In this document: piece after piece, positions 1-9,920 of the stretch | How the letters are laid out: every line of letters begins with the position of its first letter | Position numbering within the stretch: position 1 is the stretch's first letter | Source of the DNA: Vitrella brassicaformis CCMP3155 | Taxonomy: Eukaryota > Protista > Chromerida | Direction of reading: 5' to 3' | NCBI GenBank assembly: GCA_001179505.1 | Contig: CDMY01000761.1 | Span: 1-23,275, forward strand | DNA length: 23,275 nt | Notes under the pieces: model-generated | Told to the model about the DNA's origin: nothing | The model's database searches: none | Seen by the model: only the letters and a program-made list of their open reading frames with translations | Position numbers and translations under genes: made by a program

Positions 1-275
1 GCGAGGACAAGTCCATCCACTTCACCCCCTTGTGCGTCACGGTGGATGGTGTGTGGGGCAGAGAGGCCAACGGTTTTTTCAGCCGCCTGGTTGAGAAGCT
101 GCGCACCAAGGCTGCGTGGGCAGACAAGTCGTACGGCCAGGTGATGGGGTGGGTTCGTGCTCGTCTGTCTGTTGCGTTGGCGCGTAGTGCAAGTATGTGT
201 ATGCGTGGTGGGCGGCGCCGCTGGAAGATACGCCAGGCGGGCGCTGAGGATGGTGCTGGCATGTTTGTCGCATGA
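1..275 (+). CDS. C-terminal fragment of a CRE-like (restriction-like endonuclease) non-LTR retrotransposon ORF, running in from the window edge
   Basis: The frame is open from position 3: EDKSIHFTPLCVTVDGVWGREANGFFSRLVEKL...YGQVMGWVRARLSVALARSASMCMRG. This fits the characteristic F-x-P...G-x-x-G-x-EA...W-x-R-x-RLS-x-A...C-x-RG tail of RLE-type RT ORFs. Stop at 273-275. The RT domain itself is outside the window. Confidence 0.7.
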   Translation, partial: EDKSIHFTPLCVTVDGVWGREANGFFSRLVEKLRTKAAWADKSYGQVMGWVRARLSVALARSASMCMRGGRRRWKIRQAGAEDGAGMFVA

Positions 276-2090
276 TTGAGGGTTGGTCGACGCTGACGCA
301 GTTCGTTTCATGAGAGACCGACAGACTCTGCCTGCCGTTGCGCTATGAGTTAACGTATGTCACACAAGCAGTCGCCGTCGAACAATAACGTTTCTCTACA
401 GCGCCCATCGCACTCTTTCACAACACAGTTTCCACGTCTATGTCCACGCAGGTGCCACGCGGTGCCACGCAGCTCAAAATTGTGCATGCATTAATGATGG
501 GCGTCATTAAATGGGTTCAACGCACGTGTGCTAGAATGAGGAAGAAAGGGACGAGGGCTGTCGTGTGCATCCCCCGGCCTAACTGCCGCTGGGGTTTCGA
601 ATCTTTTGCCCTTGTTGCGCCAACAAGTGCTTTCGAAAGCACTTGTTTCCTCCTGGTGGTGGAGCTCTCTCAACTGACCAACGTGACGAGAACTGCTCCT
701 GCATCTGCTGGATGGAGTCGCCGTCAGCGTCATCAGCCTTCCTGCCTTGGGGACACGCGCTTTCCCCCTCGTCAGAGTGTGCTGAACCGGTGCAATCACC
801 CTGGTGATGCTGCAATGGTGTTTCTGTGGGGATTCGAGGGCGTATGCTTTGGTGCGTGCTTCAGTTTTTGCACTGGCCGGCACCGTGTTTTCTGCTATGT
901 CGTCTATATGTGGGCTGAGGCAGATATCATGAGTTGTCATGTGGGTGGTGTCTTAAGTGTGAGGCAGCCTATCACATGTAGTCGCTGCACCACCATGTCT
1001 TTTCTTTTGTGCGTGCATGCTACGCGTGTGGTTATACTTCGTCGTGCCTCTGCACATTGAGATCAGCCTGGTGTCACTTCATATCAATGCCTCATGCATG
1101 TATCTCGTATATGGGACCCTGTCTGTCTACCTTGCTTCCCCTGACTTCTACCTGCCTTCCTTGCGTCATCGTGCTCATGACTTGGTGGTGGGGGTGAAGC
1201 AACAGGCCATGGATGTCATTCGTGTGGTCTTTTTGCCTGGTATCCATCCCATGTGGCGTATTGCCCGCGCCAAACGGCGCCGTTTTCTTTACAGACCGTC
1301 GCCTTGTCAGTGAGACCACAAGTATGTCATTGCATGTCAGGGCCTCATGTCTATGTGGAGATGTCTATCGATGGGGCGGGGCTTTCTCTGTCTGCCATCA
1401 ATCTTTCTACTTAAGTCCAGTCAGGCCTCCCTCTACGTGTGGCTGTTAGCTGCCTATTGACCTGGGGGGTCCAGAACAGGCAATCGCTTAAAAGACGGTG
1501 ATAAAGGATATGCAGAGAAGTAGTTGCTTTCCCACAAGTAGGAGACGTGGTAGGAGGGTAGGAGTGCACCTTAGGCATCGTCGGTCTGCATGTTGTAGGG
1601 CGTTATGGCCTGTTGGCTATCCAGCTTTCTCTCCCTCTGTTGTCTTCCTGCCTTCCTTGCACATGGGTCCCGCGTGTACATGGTGGTGTGTTCATTTGAT
1701 TGGTTGTTTGTTGTTGTTGCGTTTGATGGCTCAGTGGGCTTCAATCTTTCACTTGCTTCCTCTGACTTCTGTACACTTGCCAGGGCTTCTTGCTGTCGGG
1801 TGATATCGCCCGTTCTTGTGTATGTAGCCAGGGGAAGTGTTCGTCAGCTGTGCCCTCTGTTGTCATCTGTGTGTCGGCCGGTGCCAGTGCCTTTCCTTTT
1901 GTGGTGGACCATAGGGATGGGTGGGTAGACAGGCCTGACTCACACAGACTCGTTGTGCGTACCCCTTCGGGGGGCCGGGGGGCAAGGTCCCCGTGAGGTT
2001 AGCGAACGAATGAACGAACAAAACCTAGCGATCGCTAGTGGCCAGTGGGTGAGGCTTAGGGTATTTGTCAAAAAGAAGATGGGCGGATGA

Positions 2091-2268
2091 GAGGCGATTT
2101 GGCGGTCTTTTTCGAAGATCTGGGAAGATGAGTGAAGAGGTGCTTGCTCGTGAGCGGCGAGACGGGCCGAGAAACCAAAAATCGACTGCACTTGTGTGTG
2201 ACTGAAGAGAGGGCGCAGACACCAAAGGGAGGTGGCAATGCGGACGACGCAGTATCGCCCCCTCCCCC
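2091..2268 (+). repeat. Left copy of ~180-bp inverted repeat (partner 5071-5249)
   Basis: The reverse complement of 2165-2268 matches 5071-5174 with 2 mismatches by manual comparison. The match continues more loosely to GAGGCGATTTGGCGG (2091-2105) versus 5235-5249. Confidence 0.9.
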
Positions 2269-2439
2269 TTGAATGGGGGAGGGGGCTGCAGAAGATCAGC
2301 TTCCACGAGGCAATAGTCGCAGCAGAGAGAACGGCCAACCGCACACTCACAGAAGGTGGAAAGAAATGGGCGCATGATGGCCGTCACACAGAGTTCATCT
2401 GAGTGCTCCTGTGTCTGCCTGGCCACCCATGAACCAGGC

Positions 2440-2680
2440 GCGGACGACGCCTTCATAGGCGCGGATTTCGTCGATATAGACGGAGACGGCAGCCTATATA
2501 GGCCCGATAAGTAACGGCCCGCGTCCGACATGCCCATGTAGGCGCCAGACGCGCCTACATGGGCGCATAAATGGAGACGACGAAAGATCCGCCCATAGAG
2601 GCGCGTAAATGTAAATAGAGGCGCTTCTGCATAGACGGCGCAATGCAGGCGCGCCCATATGGGCGCGTTTGGCGCCGATT
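2440..2680. repeat. Cluster of degenerate GGCGC/CCCATA repeats with perfect palindromes
   Basis: 14-bp perfect hairpin GCCCATGTAGGCGC-CAGAC-GCGCCTACATGGGC (2532-2564) and 18-bp perfect palindrome CGCGCCCATATGGGCGCG (2650-2667). Confidence 0.8.
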
Positions 2681-3272
2681 TGGACTTGGTTTGATAGACT
2701 CACTCGAAATTATAACTCGAGAGACAACAATTCGCTTTCTTGGCAAACGGACTTTTTCTCAGAGTGAAACGGACTTCTGTTCTATGTGAACTCATCGAAC
2801 GACGCATGAAGATGCATCCCCGCAACACATGAATGCGGTCAGTAGGGCTGATTGGTTGGTTTGCACGCGCAAGCGAGTGATTGGTTTATCTTCTCCTTGT
2901 TTCATGCGGGGGATCTCCCCGTGAATGACTCACTGGAGCCGTTTTCCCGCTCAAAACCACTCTGAAACGATACGTAACGTCTCTGGAACGACGAAAAACC
3001 AGCCATTCACTCACTCATTCAATCCGCCTGTCGACGTGACCGCGAGGCCCTTCGCAGTAAGTCTGAGTGTCTCCTGAGTCTGATTCACCGTTGATCTCCA
3101 CAAGCTGGTTTGCATGGAACAGGAGTCATCAACATGATGTCCAGTGGGCCCATGACGGCACAAAAGGCATGAACAGCAGGCACCACAGCAAGCAAATCAC
3201 ATAAATCATGCCGCCCCGCCGCCTGCAGCGTGAATGCATCAGTCGAAATGATCATCAAATCGCAGCGCTCGC

Positions 3273-3572
3273 NNNNNNNNNNNNNNNNNNNNNNNNNNNN
3301 NNNNNNNNNNNNNNNNNNNNNNNNNNNNNNNNNNNNNNNNNNNNNNNNNNNNNNNNNNNNNNNNNNNNNNNNNNNNNNNNNNNNNNNNNNNNNNNNNNNN
3401 NNNNNNNNNNNNNNNNNNNNNNNNNNNNNNNNNNNNNNNNNNNNNNNNNNNNNNNNNNNNNNNNNNNNNNNNNNNNNNNNNNNNNNNNNNNNNNNNNNNN
3501 NNNNNNNNNNNNNNNNNNNNNNNNNNNNNNNNNNNNNNNNNNNNNNNNNNNNNNNNNNNNNNNNNNNNNNNN
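3273..3572. other. Assembly gap (300 N)
   Basis: Run of N. It is the same length as the second gap, so probably a placeholder size. Confidence 0.99.
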
Positions 3573-3592
3573 GGGTAGGCTGATGGGTGTAA

Positions 3593-3648
3593 GGGGAGGG
3601 GAAGGCAGGGGAGGGGAGGGGAGGGGAGGGGAAGGCAGGGGAGGGGGA
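3593..3648 (+). repeat. Polypurine (GGGGA)n-type tract with G-quadruplex potential
   Basis: Many G3-G5 runs separated by A or AAGGCA. Confidence 0.8.
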
Positions 3649-4199
3649 CATCAGCCCCGCACAAAGGTGTGGGCTGGATGAATGTCATCAGATGTCTCAG
3701 ATGACTCAGCGGACCCTCCTGTGAGTCACCAATGGGCCTTTGTTGCCTCGCGTGAGAGCGTGACTCAACCTCGGCAAGCAAACTCGCCTTTTTGGTCGCA
3801 AATCGCCATCGAGAATGGTTCATCTCAGAAGATGACAATCAAAATGCCTTTATTTCTCCATGGAGTCACCCTTTCATCGGTCCGCTCTTTCACAGAGGGG
3901 TGCTTCATCATCTTGCAGTCATTTTGAGCCATGAGTGTACAGCTCTGCTGCTTTTCTGTCACAAAACCTGTATATGCATGCCCTGTACGCTGTATAGACA
4001 CTCACTGCATTCCCATCCGTCGACGTATCAATTAACGATAAAACACGCAAGGACACGCGCAGCATGGGCACGACAAAAGCTTTGTGCTCAGATGCTATGA
4101 ATGCACGGATCAATGGCGCACACACATGAATGCGGGGAGACCCGCATACCGGAGCACACATGTGGGAGCATATGTGTATAAGCTGAAATACTGCGTCGC

Positions 4200-4997
4200 G
4201 GCCATCAGCACGGTGAAAGAAGGCGGCAATGCGACCAAACGAAACACCAGCACGCCTGCCAGGCAAACACAGGAGCGCTCGAACGAGTAGATCTGTGTGC
4301 CGGAATCCTACATGACGGCCATCAGCTCACCGTGCAGTAGAGAAGGCGGCAATGCGGCCATACGAAACATCAACACACCTGCCAGGCAAACACAGGAGCG
4401 CTCAGACGAGTAGATCTGTGTGCCGGAATCCTGCGTGACGGCCACCAGCTCACCGTGCAGTAGAGAAGGCGGCAATGCGACCAAACGAAACACCAACACG
4501 CCTGCCAGGCAACTCAGACGAGTAGATCTGTGTGCCGGAATCCTGCGTGACGGCCACCAGCTCACCGTGCAGTAGAGAAGGCGGCAATGCGGCCAAACGA
4601 AACATCAACACACCTGCCAGGCAAACACAGGAGCGCTCAGACGAGTAGATCTGTGTGCCGGAATCCTGCGTGACGGCCACCAGCTCACCGTGCAGTAGAG
4701 AAGGCGGCAATGCGGCCAAACGAAACATCAACACACCTGCCAGGCAAACACAGGAGCGCTCAGACGAGTAGATCTGTGTGCCGGAATCCTGCGTGACGGC
4801 CAACAGCTCACCGTGCAGTAGAGAAGGCGGCAATGCGACCAAACGAAACACCAACACGCCTGCCAGGCAAACACAGGAGCGCTCGAACGAGTAGATCCGT
4901 GTGCCGGAATCCTGCGTGACGGCCACCAGCTCACCGTGCAGTAGAGAACGCTCAGACGAGTAGATCTGTGTGCCGGAATCCTACATGACGGCCATCA
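4200..4997. repeat. 123-bp tandem repeat array, about 6 units plus a truncated unit
   Basis: The anchor CTCACCGTGCAG recurs at 4326, 4449, 4561, 4684, 4807 and 4930 (spacing 123, 112, 123, 123, 123). One unit has an 11-bp deletion and the last unit is internally deleted. Confidence 0.95.
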
Positions 4998-5070
4998 TCA
5001 TCTTCAATCAGTCTGTGGTCGACCCGCTCTATTCTGCCTGTGACTACTGACTCATAGATACTGACCTTTT

Positions 5071-5249
5071 GGGGGAGGGGGCGATACTGCGTCGTCCGCA
5101 TTGCCACCTCCCTTTGGTGTCTGCGCCCACTCTTCAGTCACACACAAGTGCAGCCGATTTTTGGTTTCTCGGCCAGCATCGTCGTTCACGAGCAAGCACC
5201 TCTTCATTCAGCTTCCCCAGGTCTTCAGGAATGGCCGCCAAATCGCCTC
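5071..5249 (-). repeat. Right copy of ~180-bp inverted repeat (partner 2091-2268)
   Basis: See the left copy. ORF-track peptides 2025..2537(-) and 5069..5281(+) share GEGAILRRPHCHLPLVSAP(S/T)LQSHTSA. Confidence 0.9.
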
Positions 5250-5355
5250 ACACGATGCTACCTGTGCGAAAAGGCCGGTGAGGACCTTTCCTGTAGTTAG
5301 CTGAATAGAGGATCTGCTGGGCGGTAAGTCCCACAGTAAGAGTGCTTTTACTTTA

Positions 5356-5785
5356 TGCTCCCGGGTCGGCTTGTGGTTGTGCCGATGGAGCGGTGTCTAG
5401 TGGTAGAATGGGTGAGTGATGTAACTTTGAACGACGGATCCAGAGGGCCCGGGTGGCCACCCCAGAGCGAACAAGAACTTCAATAAACACCATTGAACCA
5501 AAGATTGACAAGTCCAATACGTACACATACACTTCGGCTCAGTTTTCCCGCGACCTTCCTCGTGTTTTGTCCATCCCTAACTCGCCGGACAGAATAAGGG
5601 CGGCGGCCTTAATCTGTCAGTTTCACAACGGCTACCCTAAAGCTGCTCATTTTCAGAACACGGGAGAGATGTCAACATCTCCCTCCCTTCATCAGCGCAG
5701 CGGTATATCATCAACGATGAGGCGAAATGCTCTTCAGTGTCATGTTTCTTCTCGTGTGTTAACTGTTTGTGTGTCATTTCATGCC
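5356..5785 (-). repeat. LTR-like copy (putative 3' LTR or related solo LTR), homologous to 14730-15172
   Basis: Both copies begin TGCTCCCGGG on the plus strand. They share the blocks GATGGAGCGGTGTCTAGTGGTA, CCAGAGGGCCCG(G/A)GTGGCCAC and TGTCAGTTTCACAACGGCTACCCTAAAG, and a near-identical ~110-bp block ending TCATTTCATGCCA. Confidence 0.7.
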
Positions 5786-7869
5786 AATATGGACATCTCA
5801 CATCAACATATCCGCTGAGTGATGCACCTCAGTTACAGAAGGAGAAAACCCACAGACAGTGACAAAAACTCCTTTTGTTGGGATTTTGGCATGTGTTTTA
5901 CGAGTCATGGCGCTCTACCTACTGTTTTGCCACTGGAGCGTTGACTGACTTTGCTGCCTGTCTTCCTGCCTCTGCCTTCATGTAAGTGGGTCGCCGATAA
6001 GCCCAGCCAGCCTGCATGTCATCGTGGGTCGCCGATAGCCCAGTTCGCCAAGGCCACGTGCCTTTTCGTGTTCGCCTTCGTGTTTGCCTGCCTGCTTGTT
6101 TATGTTGGACCTCTCTGCCGCTCTTTTATCAACGCTCGTGATCTGTGGGACTCTGCTGTCCACACAACAACTTGAACACCTTTCTCCGCTTCGCCATCCG
6201 AATGGCCCAACCCACCAATGACCATTCGTTTGCGTATTGACGTCGCATGGATGCAGGACCGGCTGCTGTGCAGCGCGTCTTCCTCTCAGGCGTGGGAGTC
6301 CTGACACCCTGACGAAGCTGTCATTCGTGTGTGTCATCACTCGTGCCACAGCTATATGACGTTCGCAGCACCTCGCGAGTGTGCTTGCGGGCTTGGGATT
6401 CGTTGTTTGTGGAGCTGCTCTCCCGGCCGTTTGTAAACACTGTAGCGTGCGGGCTTAGCTCACTCAGCTTCCTCATTCGCCTTCTGATGATATCCCCTCA
6501 GCTACCTCTCGGGTACGTAGCCCCACAGAAACCCATTGTGGTCACTCACTACCCCTCATCATGCAACAACACGATGGCGACTCTGCTGTTCAGGCAAGGC
6601 GATGGCCTCTGACTTCTTGCTGTTCTGTTTCTGACTAGTGTTCGGGTGCCTGGCTCCCCCTTGCCTCGGCTCCTCTTCTCCTCTGCTCCTCCTTGTGATG
6701 CGCGTCCTCATCAACGGTGACGGTCGTGGGTGTCCCGCCTTCACCTTCCAGCATCATCGCATCGCCATCTCAACAACAACACATAAGGTGAGCACCCCCA
6801 GTCACATTGTCAGGAGATCTGTGCACTCAAATCGCCCTCTGTCTGTCTGTGTCGTTTCAGGGCTCTTCGGAGCTGGGATTCACAGTGCCTACAAGCCTGT
6901 CTAGCGCAATGGCGTCAAGGACAGAGTGTTCAAGCGATACAGCGCCAAGGGGAGGTGATCAAAGTGATGGCTGGGCGAGCTTCATGCTACCGAGGCGAAG
7001 TAGCATCCCAGCAGCAGACGCGGCTCCAGCACCGAGACGAGTTGGTGTGAAATCGCGCGCCAGATCACCGACGACCCCGAAGGCGTGCCGCCTTCTTCTC
7101 TTCCCGTCTTCCATCATGCTGACTGACATGGTTGGTACACCGAATCTCTATCGTGGCCACAGTCGGACTGCCTCTATCCGACTGCAGGTGTGGCTTGATT
7201 TGGCTGCCACTGTTATCTCCTGAGTGTGCTCACTCCCTCATGACACGTAAGCACATACACGCACATGCACAAACACGCACACATACACGAACACGAACAC
7301 ATACATGAACACGTATCCTCCTCTCTCTCGCAGGTAGACGTGTTGTGAAAGGCGACGCAGGGCGTCCATCGTCCACGTCCATGCTTACTCGCTCACAAGC
7401 ACGTCATGCCGTTCGGACCCTACGTCTTTCCCAACTACACGCTCTACCTACCCGCACGGGGCACCACTGAGCCGACACACACCTCCACGTGGGTCCCGGC
7501 TGGGAACAGTGTAGCACTAACCGTTAACTCAGGGCTCAGCAAGAGTCCTGCCTTGCCAACGTCCCCAGGCCGTTTGTTAGTGCGTCCCTGCCACTCCTGT
7601 GCATGCCTCCGTCACGCTCTTCCTACCTTCCCCGTGCGCAATCATGTAATCATGTAATCCCAACCCACTCTTACCAGCAGACACTTGTTTTGTCATGTAG
7701 TCACGCACCCTCAGCAGCAACACAGGTACACACACACACACATGCAGCACACCCCCACACGCATTCATGCACATAGAGAGAAGGATGCTGTGGCTGCTGT
7801 TGTTGTTATCTCTCAGGTAGTGTTTCAAGAGTGCTGGGAACTCGTCAGTCCACGCACTCTGATCGGTTG

Positions 7870-9920
7870 CTATGCTGTGCCGCCAGATGGAGCAGGCGCA
7901 GCTGGATCGTCACACTCTCTCTCCCATTGGTAATTCCGAAGGAAGCTAGCCGAAGGAATCGTCTGCTTCCGTCCTACGAGACTCTCCTTCTTTAGTCTCT
8001 TTGTGCGCGTCGGTTCCTCCAGGTATTGTAGCTGTATGCCTTCCTTGTCCAACCTCGTCACCTTGACAGTGTGCTCGCGATTGAGCTCTTTTACATGGCG
8101 GACTCGCACCACAGAATACAACGCGGGAAAGAGCGAAGCATGCTCGTCCAGGTCAGGCACGTTTTCACTGTTCTCGTATTCCTGTACGAGCTCTGTGCAT
8201 GTGAGGTTCTCTTCGTCTTCCCAGGTTGCGTGCGAGAGCGGATACCAGCGCCATTTGAGCTTGTACTGCACCTTGCCGCGGTGCGTCCTCTTGCCGATGA
8301 CCTGCTCGACTTCGTATCGATCGCCACGCTCAAATCGCTGGTCTGGTTGGACGTCTCTGAGGCTCGGATCATGTGCTATCGGGTCGAATGTAGCCTCCGA
8401 TGCTCTCTGCATTCGAGCTGTCGGCACGGGGTCTTCCTGGAGGACGAACTCCTTCAAGACACTCTCTTGCCCAGGCGACAAAAATGCGCCCTGATTGAAG
8501 ACTGTCTGCCTCCTGTCCCTCTTCAGGTCGCTTTCCTTCATATCAATTCCGTCCTCTGGTGGTGGCGCTCCCTCGTCTTCTGGTGGTGGTGCTCTCTTCA
8601 ACCGATCGACATTAATGGTCCTTGCCTTTTGGTCGCCACACACACGGACCTTGTAGGTGACTGGTCCTTTTTTCTCCTGAACGATGCCGACTGTCCGCCA
8701 AGGTGAGGCCAGCTTCCTGCTGAGACCCTTAGGCACTTGATCATTGTATATGCGCACTCTGTCTCCTTCCTGGAATTGCCTTGGTGCAGGCAAATCCTTC
8801 TCGCGCTCAGCGGCTTGCTGCCTCTTCTTGCTCATCGTCTCACGAGCTTTCTTGTGGACCGCTTGAAGACCCTCTTTTATCGCCTCGACGGCTTCCTTCA
8901 CGTCGATTGGCTCTGCGTTCCTCGCGACAAGCCTTGCCGTGCTGCTCGGATGCACCGCTTCTCGGCCGTACAGCATCTTGAATGGCGTGAATCCTGTCGA
9001 CTCATGCTCCGTCGTACGATACGCGGACAAGACCAAGGAAATTGCATCGTCCCAGTTGCTTTGCTCCTTGTTGAGATATGGGCGCATCCAATCCTTCAAG
9101 GTACGGTTGAAGCGTTCGATCAGCCCATTGGCCTGCGGATGCATCGGTGATGTTGTTGTGTGCTTGATGAGCAGCTTGGCCGTCACTTCGCGCATCGCCT
9201 CATTGACAAAGTGCGAGCCATTATCAGTGATTATCTCATCGATCTTCCCGTGCCTCGCTATCATATCCATGAGCGCTTCGATTACGTCCTCGCCAGTCGG
9301 GCCGGTTCCAGGTGCCTTCGAAAACGTGAAGACCTCTGGCCACTTGGTAAAAGTATCCTGGACGGTGAGCGCAAATGAGTTGCCACTCAGAGAGGTCGGC
9401 AGGGGACCGATGAAATCCATTGCCACTTTCTGGAATGGCCCTTCGGCTGATGGTGTCTGGATGCTCGCTCTCTTGCTTGCCAGCAGGTTCCGTTTGCCTT
9501 GGCACTTCTGACATGCCTCTGTATGCTTCCGAAGGTCCATGTACATACCAGGCCAATAGTATTGTCGCGCCATCCGTTTGTATGCCCTCTCGACTGCCAG
9601 GTGGCCGCCGAAGATGTGCTCATGATGCAGTACCAGCGCCTCTTTCCTCAGTGACGTGGGCACGAGCAGGACTGGGCCATGCTCTTGGTGCTTCGACTCG
9701 ATCGATACAAGCCCATTGTGTAAGCAAACGCTGTCGAGCCTGCAACGGAGGCTCTTTAAGCGTGTCTTGTATGCCCTGGGAATGGCATTGCGCAGCTGGT
9801 CGAGCTCTTCCTTGGCTGCGTTGCTCTCTTGTGCCTTCAGGTATGCCTTGACGCGCGAGACCTCGGCACATTGGTCTTGGGCTTTCTTGATCTCATCGAG
9901 ATAAACAGCGGACTGGGATC
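7870..9920 (-). CDS. pol: pol part 3: integrase with C-terminal chromodomain and further extension
   Basis: HHCC zinc finger (HEHIFGGH...CQKC) and DDE core (DFIGPLP, TDNGSHF, NGLIERFNRTLK), then a GPY/F-like region. Chromodomain YEVEQVIGKRTHRGKVQYKLKWRWYPLSHATWEDEENL at ~8170-8320. The frame is open upstream of the annotated start at 9663 to ~9930 (QSAVYLDEIKKAQDQC...). Confidence 0.93.

Noticed and set aside
440-1930. Short ORFs between the CRE-like fragment and the inverted repeat
   Set aside because: No recognisable motif, and no exon chain that I could support.
2257-2300. Helitron 3' terminus at the GC hairpin
   Set aside because: No CTRR terminus occurs at the expected distance downstream.
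3085-3838. ORFs spanning the first N gap
   Set aside because: They are artefacts of translating N as X.
4308-4926. Minus-strand 41-aa repeat ORFs as a repeat protein
   Set aside because: An 11-bp deletion breaks the frame, the visible unit differences change amino acids, and no known repeat motif is recognisable.
4200-4997. CRISPR array interpretation of the regular repeats
   Set aside because: The units are near-identical over their whole length with no unique spacers, there are no cas genes, and the context is eukaryotic.
5386-5440. tRNA gene or tRNA-derived SINE (A-box-like GTGTCTAGTGGTAGAAT)
   Set aside because: There is no convincing B box or cloverleaf, and the block lies within the LTR-like repeat.
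5630-5642. Telomerase-template-like ACCCTAAA in both LTR-like copies
   Set aside because: It covers only about one TTTAGGG repeat unit, which is too short to support, and it is explained as LTR sequence.
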